Below are positions 1 through 8,594 of a stretch of DNA of 24,000 nucleotides, one piece after another (within the stretch, counting starts at the first letter, position 1; each line of letters begins with the position of its first letter). The stretch is from Flavonifractor sp. AGMB03687 (GTDB lineage: Bacteria > Bacillota > Clostridia > Oscillospirales > Oscillospiraceae). The notes below the pieces were generated by a model. That model did not search any database. It was not told where the DNA came from and saw only the letters and a list, made by a program, of their open reading frames with translations. Location: assembly GCF_017811815.1 (NCBI RefSeq), contig NZ_JADKZI010000003.1, positions 319,549 to 343,548 of the forward strand. The letters run 5' to 3'. Made by a program: the position numbers and the translations under genes.

Positions 1-220
1 CGCACTTGACTGCCACGCCATACTTCTTGGTGGCCTCGGCGGAGTCCACGGTCACCTGATCCCCGGTCTCCTCCCGATGGGGCAGGCCCAGGTCGTAGTA
101 CTCGGTCTTCAGGTCGATGAAGGGCAGGAGCAGCTCGTCCTTGATCTGCTGCCACAGCACCCGGGTCATCTCGTCGCCGTCCATCTCCACCAGGGGGGTG
201 GTCATCTGAATCTTTTCCAT
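1..220 (-). CDS. icd: NADP-dependent isocitrate dehydrogenase, N-terminal part (gene runs off the left edge)
   Basis: Minus-strand translation from ATG at 220-218: MEKIQMTTPLVEMDGDEMTRVLWQQIKDELLLPFIDLKTEYYDLGLPHREETGDQVTVDSAEATKKYGVAVKC, which matches the Icd/IDH1-type N-terminus. A GGAGGA RBS lies upstream. Confidence 0.93.
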   Translation of the reverse strand, partial: MEKIQMTTPLVEMDGDEMTRVLWQQIKDELLLPFIDLKTEYYDLGLPHREETGDQVTVDSAEATKKYGVAVKC

Positions 221-257
221 GGTCTCCTCCTTGCGTTTTTCTGCAATTTCGGAAAAA

Positions 258-286
258 ATTATACCCCCATTCCGGTGAAAAGGCAA
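258..286 (-). promoter_or_regulatory. Putative sigma-A promoter for icd
   Basis: Minus strand TTGCCT (286-281), 17-nt spacer, TATAAT (263-258). Confidence 0.55.
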
Positions 287-387
287 GCGGCACATGGAGG
301 GCCAATCCTGTGGGTTTTGCCCATTGCGGCCCCGCCGCCGGGGGGAGTATACTTTTAAAATCCGCAAAGAAAAAGAGAGTGACCCCC

Positions 388-1707
388 GTGTTTAACAAGC
401 AAGCCCTGAAAAAACTCATCATTCCCCTGATCATTGAGCAGTTCCTGGCCGTCATGGTAGGCATGGCCGACATCATGATGGTCTCCTCCGCCGGTGAGGC
501 CGCCGTGTCCAGCGTGGCCCTGGTGGATCTGATCAACGTGCTCATCATCAACGTCTTTTCCGCCCTGGCCACCGGCGGCGCGGTGGTGTGCGCCCAGTCC
601 ATCGGCGCAGAAAACCTGGAGCGGGCCAACCGTTCCGCCAACCAGCTGATGTACATCGTCACCGCCGCCGCCCTCATTATTATGGCCCTGTCCCTGGTTC
701 TGTGCCGTCCCCTGCTGGGGCTGCTCTTCGGCCAGGTGGAACCGGCGGTGATGGAGGGCGCGGTGACCTACTTCATCATCTCCGCCCTGTCCTACCCCTT
801 TATTGCCCTGTACAATGGCTGCGCCGCCCTGCTGCGGGCCATGGGCAACTCCAAGGCCTCCATGTATGTCTCTGCCTGGATGAACGGGCAGAACATCGTA
901 GGCAACGCCATCTTTGTCTTCGTCTTCCACCGTGGGGTGGACGGCGTGGCCCTGTCCTCCCTGTTCTCCCGTATGGTTGCGGCCGGTATCATGCTGGTGC
1001 TCCTCCACAGCCATCGCAATCCGGTGCGGGTGTCCGGCCTGCTGAAGTTCCAGTTCGACCCGCCCATGATGGGCCGTATCCTGCGCATCGGCATCCCAAA
1101 CGGCCTGGAGAACTGCTTCTTCCAGCTGGGCCGGGTGCTGCTGGTCAGCCTAATCTCCACCTTCGGCACCGCCCAGACCGCCGCCAACGCGGTGGCCAAC
1201 AACATCGACAACTTCGGCGTCATCCCCGGCACCGCCATGGGCCTGGCTCTCATCACCGTGGTGGGCCAATGCGTGGGCGCGGAGGCCTGGGATCAGGTCC
1301 GCTTCTACACCGTCAAGCTGGTGAAGATGACCTACCTCTTCACCTGGGTCCTCAACGGAGCCCTGCTGCTGGGTCTGCCCCTGATCCTCAGCCTGTACAG
1401 CCTGACCCCCGAGACCCACTGGTACGCCACCGTCCTTATTTTCATCCACAACGGCTGCGCCATGCTGTTCTGGCCCATGGCCTTTACCATGCCCAACGCC
1501 CTGCGGGCCACCGGTGACGTGAAGGTACCCATGGTCATCTCCATCTGCTCCATGATCATCGTGCGGCTGGGGTGCAGCTACATTCTGGGCGTCCACTTCG
1601 GTCTGGGCGTCATCGGCGTGTGGATCGCCATGGTGGGCGACTGGATCGTGCGTATCATCTGCTTCCTCATCCGGGTCCGGCAGGTATTCCGCAAGCATCC
1701 ACTCTGA
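388..1707 (+). CDS. MATE family efflux transporter
   Basis: GTG start at 388 (the ORF track extends upstream to 310). Hydrophobic multi-TM protein with MATE-like N-terminus (IIPLIIEQFLAVMVGMADIMMVSSAGEAAVSSVALVDLIN) and the duplicated half RVLLVSLISTFGTAQTAANAVANNIDNF. Confidence 0.9.
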   Translation: MFNKQALKKLIIPLIIEQFLAVMVGMADIMMVSSAGEAAVSSVALVDLINVLIINVFSALATGGAVVCAQSIGAENLERANRSANQLMYIVTAAALIIMALSLVLCRPLLGLLFGQVEPAVMEGAVTYFIISALSYPFIALYNGCAALLRAMGNSKASMYVSAWMNGQNIVGNAIFVFVFHRGVDGVALSSLFSRMVAAGIMLVLLHSHRNPVRVSGLLKFQFDPPMMGRILRIGIPNGLENCFFQLGRVLLVSLISTFGTAQTAANAVANNIDNFGVIPGTAMGLALITVVGQCVGAEAWDQVRFYTVKLVKMTYLFTWVLNGALLLGLPLILSLYSLTPETHWYATVLIFIHNGCAMLFWPMAFTMPNALRATGDVKVPMVISICSMIIVRLGCSYILGVHFGLGVIGVWIAMVGDWIVRIICFLIRVRQVFRKHPL

Positions 1708-1710
1708 GTC

Positions 1711-2739
1711 TTACCAAATCCCCAGCACGTGCTGCATGCCCAAGCTGACCGCCGTAATGGCAACCCAGCAGCAGGCACCCATGAGAATGGGCTTGCCGCC
1801 GGTCTTCACCAGCTTCACCAGGTCCGTATTCAGACCGATGGCCCCCATGGCCATGACGATGAAGAATTTGCTCAGCTCTTTGAAGGGAGCAAATACCCCG
1901 CTGTCCACGCCGATAGAGGAACACACCGTGGTGATCACCGAGGCCAGCACGAAGAACAGAATGAAGAAGGGGAAAATTTTTCGGAGATTGAAGTCGCCCT
2001 CCTTCTCCCCGCCGGCCCGCTTGGCCCGGACCACACGGAAGAAGGCCAGCGCCAGCGTAATGGGAATGATGGCCAGGGTGCGGGTGAGCTTGACAATGGT
2101 GGCGGTATCCAGGGTGTTGGCCCCGGGGTGCATCCCGTCCCATGCGGCGGCGGCAGCCGTCACCGAAGAGGTATCGTTCACCGCCGTACCGGCAAACAGG
2201 CCAAAGCCCTCATTGCTCAGGCCAAGCATCTCTCCAAAGGTAGGGAACACCAATGCCGCGGCAATGTTGAACAGGAAAATCACCGAGATGGACTGGGCGA
2301 TCTCTTCATCATCCGCCCCGATCACCGGTGCGGTGGCGGCGATGGCAGAGCCGCCGCAGATGGAAGAGCCCACACCCACCAGCGTGGAAATGTTGGTGGG
2401 GAGCTTCATCACCTTATGTAGCGCGAAGGCCACCACCAGAGAGGTGCCGATGGTGGAAACAATGATGGGCAGGGAGGTCAGACCCACTTCGGCCACCTGG
2501 CCCAGGTTCAGGCCAAAGCCCAGCAGTATCACCGCCAACTGCAAAATATACTTCGATGTGTAGGCGATGCCCGCCTGGGTGCTCTTCTTCTCCCGGTAAA
2601 ACAGGGCGATCACCATACCTGCCAATATGGCAAACACCGGCCCGCCGATCACCGGCACCGCCTTACCCAACAGCCAACAGGGGATGGCCACGGCCAGACA
2701 CAGCAAGATTCCCTGGATGCGCTCGCTCCATTGCTTCAT
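1711..2739 (-). CDS. YeiH/UPF0324 family putative sulfate exporter
   Basis: Translation from [26 protein letters not shown]... with [60 protein letters not shown] and [11 protein letters not shown], all characteristic of the YeiH family. The upstream extension to 2802 is probably not coding. Confidence 0.9.
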   Translation of the reverse strand: MKQWSERIQGILLCLAVAIPCWLLGKAVPVIGGPVFAILAGMVIALFYREKKSTQAGIAYTSKYILQLAVILLGFGLNLGQVAEVGLTSLPIIVSTIGTSLVVAFALHKVMKLPTNISTLVGVGSSICGGSAIAATAPVIGADDEEIAQSISVIFLFNIAAALVFPTFGEMLGLSNEGFGLFAGTAVNDTSSVTAAAAAWDGMHPGANTLDTATIVKLTRTLAIIPITLALAFFRVVRAKRAGGEKEGDFNLRKIFPFFILFFVLASVITTVCSSIGVDSGVFAPFKELSKFFIVMAMGAIGLNTDLVKLVKTGGKPILMGACCWVAITAVSLGMQHVLGIW

Positions 2740-2778
2740 AACAAATGACTCCTTCCAACATCTGCATCGTTCACATGC

Positions 2779-2807
2779 AGTATATCTCTCTTTTTCCATC
2801 ATGTAAA
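2779..2807 (-). promoter_or_regulatory. Putative sigma-A promoter for the YeiH-family gene
   Basis: Minus strand TTTACA (2807-2802), 17-nt spacer, TATACT (2784-2779). Confidence 0.5.
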
Positions 2808-2876
2808 CTTATGATATTTTATTTCGCCATAACAAATTTTTATAGTTCACCATATTGCATCGTTGAATAGAGGCTC

Positions 2877-2905
2877 TTGCCGCAGGCGCACTTTTCTTGT
2901 ATAAT
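2877..2905 (+). promoter_or_regulatory. Putative sigma-A promoter for asnA
   Basis: TTGCCG (2877-2882), 17-nt spacer, TATAAT (2900-2905), with a GGAAAGAAGG RBS region before ATG 2942. Confidence 0.6.
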
Positions 2906-2941
2906 GTGGTGCATCGAAGTCCAGGAAAGAAGGATCATTTT

Positions 2942-3955
2942 ATGCTGCAAACCGTCATTCCCCAGGGGTATGCCCCCTGTCTGAATCTCTACGATACTCA
3001 GAAGGCCATCGGCCTGCTCAAGCGCCTCTTTGAGGACACCCTGGGCGGCGCCCTGCACCTGCGCCGTGTGTCCGCCCCCCTGTTCGTGGAGGCCTCCACC
3101 GGCCTCAACGACGACCTGAACGGCGTGGAGCGTGCCGTATCCTTTGATATTCCCGATGCCGGCCGGGACGCCCAGGTGGTCCACTCCCTGGCCAAGTGGA
3201 AGCGCATGGCCCTGTACCGCTACCAGTTCTCGGTGGGCGAGGGCCTGTACACCGACATGAACGCCATCCGCCGGGATGAGGAGCTGGATAACCTCCACTC
3301 GGTCTACGTGGACCAGTGGGACTGGGAAAAGGTCATCGCCCCCCGGGACCGGACCGTGGACTATCTGAAGGCCACCGTCACCACCATCGTCAAGGCCATG
3401 GCAGAGACCCAGTCTACCCTGCGCTCCGTCTTCCCCCAGCTCACCGCCCTGCCCCCCCTGGACACCGAGGTGTCCTTTGTCACTACTCAGGAGCTGGAGG
3501 ACCGCTGGCCCGACCTGTCCCCCAAGGAGCGGGAGGATGCCTGGGTGAAGGAGCATCCCACCACCTTCCTCATGGGCATCGGCGGCGCCCTCAAGTCGGG
3601 CAAGCCCCACGACGGCCGCGCCCCCGACTACGACGACTGGAACCTGAACGGCGATATCCTGCTGTGGAACCCGGTGCTGGAGCGGGCCTTTGAGGTGTCC
3701 TCCATGGGCATCCGGGTGGACCCCGCCGCCATGGACCGTCAGCTCACCATCGCCGGCTGTGACGACCGCCGAGAGCTGCCCTTCCACAAGATGCTGCTGG
3801 AGGGCAAGCTGCCCCTCACCATCGGCGGCGGCATCGGCCAGTCCCGGCTGTGTATGTTGCTGCTGGGCAAGGCCCACATCGGCGAGGTCCAGGCCAGTGT
3901 GTGGGACGAGCAGACCATCCAGGCCTGCCAGGATGCGGGTGTTATTTTGCTGTAA
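2942..3955 (+). CDS. asnA: Aspartate--ammonia ligase (asparagine synthetase A)
   Basis: 337-aa product with FVEASTGLNDDLNGVERAVSFDI, HSLAKWKRMALYRY, YTDMNAIRRDEELDNLHSVYVDQWDWEKVI and LPLTIGGGIGQSRLCMLLLGKAHIGEVQ, typical of AsnA. Confidence 0.96.
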   Translation: MLQTVIPQGYAPCLNLYDTQKAIGLLKRLFEDTLGGALHLRRVSAPLFVEASTGLNDDLNGVERAVSFDIPDAGRDAQVVHSLAKWKRMALYRYQFSVGEGLYTDMNAIRRDEELDNLHSVYVDQWDWEKVIAPRDRTVDYLKATVTTIVKAMAETQSTLRSVFPQLTALPPLDTEVSFVTTQELEDRWPDLSPKEREDAWVKEHPTTFLMGIGGALKSGKPHDGRAPDYDDWNLNGDILLWNPVLERAFEVSSMGIRVDPAAMDRQLTIAGCDDRRELPFHKMLLEGKLPLTIGGGIGQSRLCMLLLGKAHIGEVQASVWDEQTIQACQDAGVILL

Positions 3956-4047
3956 TTATCTTACAGTTCAGTAAACCACTGTTTTCTTCTGGTTCTCGTC
4001 ACTTTTTACAGCATTAACCCACGAAATTTCCAGCCTCTTCCCTTCAG

Positions 4048-4083
4048 GCACCGGTCTATTTGAAACAGACCGGTGCTTTTTTG
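4048..4083 (+). terminator. Rho-independent terminator downstream of asnA
   Basis: GCACCGGTCT (4048-4057) / AGACCGGTGC (4067-4076), 10-bp perfect stem followed by a T-run. Confidence 0.85.
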
Positions 4084-4170
4084 TCCTAATCGTGTGATTT
4101 CTTTTCCATTTTCACTTCTTATGGCTTATTTTCATTTTTCGTCATTTTCCACTAAACTACCCGGTCCCTG

Positions 4171-4199
4171 TTGACATGACAGGGGGTACTTACTATAAT
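4171..4199 (+). promoter_or_regulatory. Strong sigma-A promoter for the AtoE-like transporter
   Basis: Consensus TTGACA (4171-4176) and TATAAT (4194-4199) about 17 nt apart. Confidence 0.75.
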
Positions 4200-4265
4200 G
4201 CCAGTGTGTTTGGTGAGATCATGTGTGTCCCTGTGTGAACGTGTGAGAGTGAGGAGGAAATCGTA

Positions 4266-5627
4266 ATGTTCAAAAAGTTCACGAACGGGTGTGTTCGTGT
4301 GGTCAACCGTTGGCTGCCCGATCCCTTCCTGTTCGCCATCATCCTGACCATCGTGGTCTTTATCGCCGCCATGGCCGGTACCCAGCAGGGTCCCCTGGAA
4401 CTGATCTGGGCCTGGGGCGGCAAGGGTGCTACCAAGGACGGCTTCTGGAGCCTGCTGGCTTTCGCTATGCAGATGGCTCTGGTGCTGGTGCTTGGCTCCG
4501 CCATGGCTTCCGCCAAGGTGTGTAAGCGTGCTCTGGGCGCCATTGCGTCCCTGGCTCATAACAAGCGCTCCGCTATCCTGATCACCACCTTTGTGTCCAC
4601 CATCTGCTGCTGGCTGAACTGGGGCTTTGGCCTCATCGCCGGCGCTCTGCTGGCCCGCGAGGTTGCCAAGCGCGTGAAGGATGTGGACTATCCCCTGCTG
4701 ATCGCCGCCGCTTACTCCGGCTTCGTGATCTGGCACGCCGGTCTGTCCGGCTCCATCCCCCTGCAGATCGGCGCCGAGGCCGGTACCGAGATCCTGGGTG
4801 TCAGCTATTACGCTCCCACCAGCGCCACCATCTTCCATCCCATGAACCTGCTGATGGTGGGCGTGATTCTGGTGCTGATGCCTTTCGTCAACTACGCCAT
4901 GCACCCCGACAAGGATCACACCATCGTGGTGGATCCCGCCCTGCTGGTGGACGAGAAGGAGCGGGAGTACAAGATCGAGACCCCCGCTGACAAGATCGAG
5001 CACAGCCGCATCCTGTGGGTCATCACCCTGGTGCTGGGCTTTGCCTACATCGTGTACTACTTCGTGCAGAAGGGCTTCAACCTGGACCTGAACATCGTCA
5101 ACATGATCTTCCTGTTCCTGGGCATTCTGCTCCACGGCGACCTGCGCAAGTACGTTGACGCCATCGGCGACGCCGCTGCCGGCGCTGCTGGCATCCTGCT
5201 CCAGTTCCCCTTCTATGCCGGTATCATGGGCCTGATGGTGGCTTCCAACGCTGACGGCGTTTCCCTGGCCGGTATCATCGCCAACTTCTTCACCAACGTG
5301 TCCAACGATGTCACCTTCCCGGTGCTGACCTTCCTGTCCGCCGGTATCATCAACTTCTTCGTTCCCTCCGGCGGCGGCCAGTGGGCCGTTCAGGCTCCCA
5401 TCGTCATGCCCGCCGCTACCGAGATGGGCATCGAGTATGGCCGCGCCGCCATGGCTATTGCCTGGGGCGACCAGTGGACCAACATGATCCAGCCCTTCTG
5501 GGCTCTGCCTGCCCTGGGTATCGCCGGTCTGTCCGCCCGCAACGTCATGGGCTATCTGGTGATCGTTCTGCTGTTCACCGGCGTTGTGGCCTGCGGCGGC
5601 TTCCTGCTGTGGGGTCTGTTCTTCTAA
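4266..5627 (+). CDS. Short-chain fatty acid transporter, AtoE/TIGR00366-like
   Basis: 453-aa polytopic protein: FKKFTNGCVRVVNRWLPDPFLFAIILTIVVFIAAM, FWSLLAFAMQMALVLVLGSAMASA, CCWLNWGFGLIAGALLARE, FFVPSGGGQWAVQAPIVMPAA. GAGGAGG RBS upstream. Confidence 0.9.
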   Translation: MFKKFTNGCVRVVNRWLPDPFLFAIILTIVVFIAAMAGTQQGPLELIWAWGGKGATKDGFWSLLAFAMQMALVLVLGSAMASAKVCKRALGAIASLAHNKRSAILITTFVSTICCWLNWGFGLIAGALLAREVAKRVKDVDYPLLIAAAYSGFVIWHAGLSGSIPLQIGAEAGTEILGVSYYAPTSATIFHPMNLLMVGVILVLMPFVNYAMHPDKDHTIVVDPALLVDEKEREYKIETPADKIEHSRILWVITLVLGFAYIVYYFVQKGFNLDLNIVNMIFLFLGILLHGDLRKYVDAIGDAAAGAAGILLQFPFYAGIMGLMVASNADGVSLAGIIANFFTNVSNDVTFPVLTFLSAGIINFFVPSGGGQWAVQAPIVMPAATEMGIEYGRAAMAIAWGDQWTNMIQPFWALPALGIAGLSARNVMGYLVIVLLFTGVVACGGFLLWGLFF

Positions 5628-5667
5628 GCAGCCCCATAAATTGATCCCACCAACCGGCTCCGTGCAC

Positions 5668-5703
5668 AACGGGGAGCGCCATTGGCGCTCCCCGTTCTTT
5701 TTT
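5668..5703 (+). terminator. Rho-independent terminator downstream of the AtoE-like gene
   Basis: AACGGGGAGCGCC (5668-5680) ATT GGCGCTCCCCGTT (5684-5696), 13-bp perfect stem plus T-run. Confidence 0.9.
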
Positions 5704-5774
5704 ATTGTGTGCCGCCTTTTCCTGTGCTATCATGAGAGAAAACACATGCTCAGCAAAGGATTGGGAGGATTTTT

Positions 5775-6185
5775 ATGGAAATTCTGGTAGTAGACGGCCA
5801 GGGCGGTCGGATCGGCCAGCAGCTGGTGCGGGCCATTACCACCCGTTACCCCCAGCTGAAGGTCTTTTCCGTCGGCACCAACACGATGGCCACGTCGGCC
5901 ATGATGAAGGGCGGCGCCGTACAGGGTGCCACCGGAGAAAACGCCCTGCTGGTAGCCTGCCGTAAGGCCGACGTGATTCTGGGGCCTCTGGGCATTGTCA
6001 TTGCCGACGCCCTGCTGGGTGAGATCTCCCCGGCCATGGCTCTGGCAGTGGGACAGTCCCGGGCCAAAAAGATCCTCATCCCCATGAATCAGTGCGACAA
6101 CATCGTGGCCGGCGTGGCCGAGCTGCCGGTGGGCAAGCTGCTGGACAGCGCCCTGGCCGAGCTGGACAAGCTGCTGAACGAATAA
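5775..6185 (+). CDS. DUF3842 family protein
   Basis: 136 aa: MEILVVDGQGGRIGQQLVRAI...VGTNTMATSAMMKGGAVQGATGENALLVACRKADVILGPLGIVIADALLGEISPAMALAVGQSRAKKILIPMNQCDN, the conserved DUF3842 pattern. GGGAGG RBS. Confidence 0.88.
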   Translation: MEILVVDGQGGRIGQQLVRAITTRYPQLKVFSVGTNTMATSAMMKGGAVQGATGENALLVACRKADVILGPLGIVIADALLGEISPAMALAVGQSRAKKILIPMNQCDNIVAGVAELPVGKLLDSALAELDKLLNE

Positions 6186-6247
6186 GCCCTGCATAGGATG
6201 GAGCGCGGGGCCATGCTCCGCCATTCTTTTCCTGTGAGGTGCTTTTT

Positions 6248-6427
6248 GTGAAACAGCTCCTGCACTGCATGATGCAGGTCCAAAATCTGGTCACCCTGCT
6301 TCTGACCCTGGGTTTTCTCCACCTGTCCATTTCCGGCCGCTTGGCCGCTGATCAGTTCCTCACCATCTTTTCGGTGGTGATCGCCTTTTACTTTGGCAGT
6401 CAGTCCCAGAAAAATCAAACCACATAA
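6248..6427 (+). CDS. Small hypothetical membrane protein (about 59 aa)
   Basis: GAGGTG followed by 6 nt then GTG at 6248 (alternative GTG at 6239). Product VKQLLHCMMQVQNLVTLLLTLGFLHLSISGRLAADQFLTIFSVVIAFYFGSQSQKNQTT has one or two TM segments and is followed by a terminator. Confidence 0.55.
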   Translation: MKQLLHCMMQVQNLVTLLLTLGFLHLSISGRLAADQFLTIFSVVIAFYFGSQSQKNQTT

Positions 6428-6429
6428 GG

Positions 6430-6460
6430 CAAGGGCCGCCGGTTCCGGCGGCCCTTGTTT
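6430..6460. terminator. Probable bidirectional terminator between convergent genes
   Basis: CAAGGGCCGCCGG TT CCGGCGGCCCTTG (6430-6457) followed by TTT on the plus strand. It lies immediately after both convergent stops. Confidence 0.8.
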
Positions 6461-6463
6461 TGG

Positions 6464-7549
6464 TTAGCCCTCCAGCGCCAGGAAGGCCTCAATGATCTCC
6501 TCCCCCCGCTGATGGACCTGGTCAAAGTCCACGTGGGGGTTATAGAGCCCCTCCAGCTCATCGTGCATGGCCTTGGCCTGGCCCAAGGCGTCCACCGCCT
6601 CCTCCAGCAGGGCGGCGGTTACTTTGTGGGAGAACCGCAGCCGGGCCCGGCTGCGCCGCAGCAGCTCGCCGTCCGCCATGGCGTCCAGCCGGATGCGGCG
6701 GTAGGGCCGATGGGGCCAGGGCAGCTCCGGGGTGGTGCTGACGAAAGCCAGGGACAGGGAGGGGATGAGCAGATGGGCCATCCGGTCGGGGAACAGGGGA
6801 TCGGGGCAGGCCACCACGTCGTGGCCCGCCGCCATGGCCCCGGCGGCCAGACAGGTCAGCATGGTGTGGGCCAGGCCGTAGGTGTCGCTTAGTTCGTAGA
6901 CCTTGCTGCACTGGGTCTCCACCGTGCCGTACTCCCGCAGCACACCCTGCCAGGTGATACCTCCCAGGAAGCGCTGCACCGCCCGTCCGGCCTGGTCCCC
7001 CGCCCCCTTGATCTCCCGGGACAGGATGCCTCTGGCCCGCTTGGCCATCTTGGCCTCCAGGGCGGGGGTGACCAGTAGCGCCCGCACGTCCTCCTCCAGC
7101 TGGGCGGCAGCGGTGAGGCAGCGGTAGGCCCTGTTGTAGCAGGCTTTGTAGCCCTTCATGCACCCCTTCAGCTCCGGGCCCACCGCCTGAAGGGCGGCCC
7201 GGTCATAGCATGCTCCCAGATCCACATAGCTCTCCACCAGGCCGGGGTATTTGGGCTCCACCACGTGGGGGGCCGTGCCGTCCACCACCGCCGCTCCCAG
7301 GGCGGGGATGACCACCGCGTCCAGGGAGTCGGGATCGCCGGAGCAGCGGATGTACTCCACGGCGTAGCCTCGCTCCTCCAGAGCCGCGCCCACCTGCTTC
7401 ATGAGGGTGGACTTGCCGCAGCCCGGCCCGCCCTTGAGGATGCGCACATCCCGGGCAGTCTCGGGGTCGATGAGCTGGTCGTACAGGGAGTAAAAACCCG
7501 ACGGCGTGTTGGCCCCTAAGTAATAACAGATTCTTGCCTCTGCTTCCAT
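6464..7549 (-). CDS. P-loop ATP-binding protein (PRK06851-like conserved hypothetical ATPase)
   Basis: Likely start is ATG 7549 with a GGAGGG RBS (the track ORF extends upstream to 7783). Walker A GGPGCGKSTLMKQV. N-terminus MEAEARICYYLGANTPSGFYSLYDQLI. Confidence 0.8.
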   Translation of the reverse strand: MEAEARICYYLGANTPSGFYSLYDQLIDPETARDVRILKGGPGCGKSTLMKQVGAALEERGYAVEYIRCSGDPDSLDAVVIPALGAAVVDGTAPHVVEPKYPGLVESYVDLGACYDRAALQAVGPELKGCMKGYKACYNRAYRCLTAAAQLEEDVRALLVTPALEAKMAKRARGILSREIKGAGDQAGRAVQRFLGGITWQGVLREYGTVETQCSKVYELSDTYGLAHTMLTCLAAGAMAAGHDVVACPDPLFPDRMAHLLIPSLSLAFVSTTPELPWPHRPYRRIRLDAMADGELLRRSRARLRFSHKVTAALLEEAVDALGQAKAMHDELEGLYNPHVDFDQVHQRGEEIIEAFLALEG

Positions 7550-7616
7550 AAATGACCCTCCAAGAGTAAGTTTCTCACTCTCAGGGTATGCATGGACAGG
7601 CCGTCCGGTGCGCCAC

Positions 7617-8522
7617 TTATACCCCGTCCCGGTAGAAGTAGAGCAACTCCTCCACCAGCATGGACGCCGCCGGGGACAGGGGGCTGGACCGGCGGTAGAG
7701 CAGGTAGAACTGCCGCTCCAGCTGGGGACTTTCCGGGGCAAACACCAGGATTTTCCCCTCCTCTGCCGCCTCCCGGGCGGCACAGCCTGACAGGATGGAG
7801 ATGCCCAGACCGTTCTTCACCCCCCGGAGGATGCTCTCGGTGCTCTCCAACTGGGCCGCCAGGGTCAGGCTCTTGGGCTCCACCCCTATGCCCTTCAGGT
7901 ACTGCTCGGACTGCTTGCGGGTACCGGAGCCCGGCTCCCGCACCAGAAATGGGGAACGCTTCAGCACGTCGGGGGTCATCTGACCCCGCAGGGCCTGGTA
8001 CTCCGGGGTGTTGGGAGTGGCGATGATCAGCCGCTCGGTGAAGAAGGGTACGCACAAAAGCCCCACCCGCTGAACCGGGGCGCCCACCAGTCCCAGCTCC
8101 GCCCCGTTCTCCGCCATCCACTGGGTGACCTGTCCGCTGTCCCCCTGGCGGATCTGGAAAAACACCTCGGGATACCGCTGCCGCAGCAGGGGAAGTACCT
8201 GGGGCAGCAGGTACTGGGAGGGCACGGTGGAGGCGGCGATGGACAGGGTGCCCGAGATGGAGGAGGCAGCGGTGCGCACATCCTGGGCCGCCCGCTGGCA
8301 CAGTCCCAGGATCTCAGCGGCGTACCGGCTCAGCACCCGCCCGGCGACGGTGAGCCGCAGTTCCTTGGTGGAGCGCACCACCAGCTGGGTGCCCAGTTCG
8401 TCCTCCAGGGCCGCCACATGGGCACTGACGGTAGGCTGGGTGAGATAGAGGGCTTCGGCCGCCTTGGAAAAGCTGCGCTGGCGGGCCACTTGTACAAAGA
8501 CTTCCAGTTGTTTCAGCTGCAT
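7617..8522 (-). CDS. LysR family transcriptional regulator (similar to selenium-metabolism-associated LysR)
   Basis: MQLKQLEVFVQVARQRSFSKAAEALYLTQPTVSAHVAALEDELGTQLVVRSTKELRLTVAG is a canonical LysR HTH. It is divergent from selD. The selenium-specific label comes from context and N-terminal resemblance. Confidence 0.9.
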   Translation of the reverse strand: MQLKQLEVFVQVARQRSFSKAAEALYLTQPTVSAHVAALEDELGTQLVVRSTKELRLTVAGRVLSRYAAEILGLCQRAAQDVRTAASSISGTLSIAASTVPSQYLLPQVLPLLRQRYPEVFFQIRQGDSGQVTQWMAENGAELGLVGAPVQRVGLLCVPFFTERLIIATPNTPEYQALRGQMTPDVLKRSPFLVREPGSGTRKQSEQYLKGIGVEPKSLTLAAQLESTESILRGVKNGLGISILSGCAAREAAEEGKILVFAPESPQLERQFYLLYRRSSPLSPAASMLVEELLYFYRDGV

Positions 8523-8594
8523 GATAAGCCTCCGATTGCTTTTTCTCCCGGAATGGGTTACACTGTTGGTACCAAATCAACAGGGGGTGATGAG

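Noticed and set aside
1705-1713. Very close convergent stops of the MATE and YeiH genes (3 nt apart) considered as a readthrough or fusion oddity
   Set aside because: Both frames and products are intact. Tight tail-to-tail packing is common, and nothing else supports special function.
4152-5669. 505-aa minus-strand ORF opposite the AtoE-like gene
   Set aside because: Shadow ORF. Low-complexity His/Gly/Gln composition mirrors the codon bias of the clear plus-strand transporter and matches no family.
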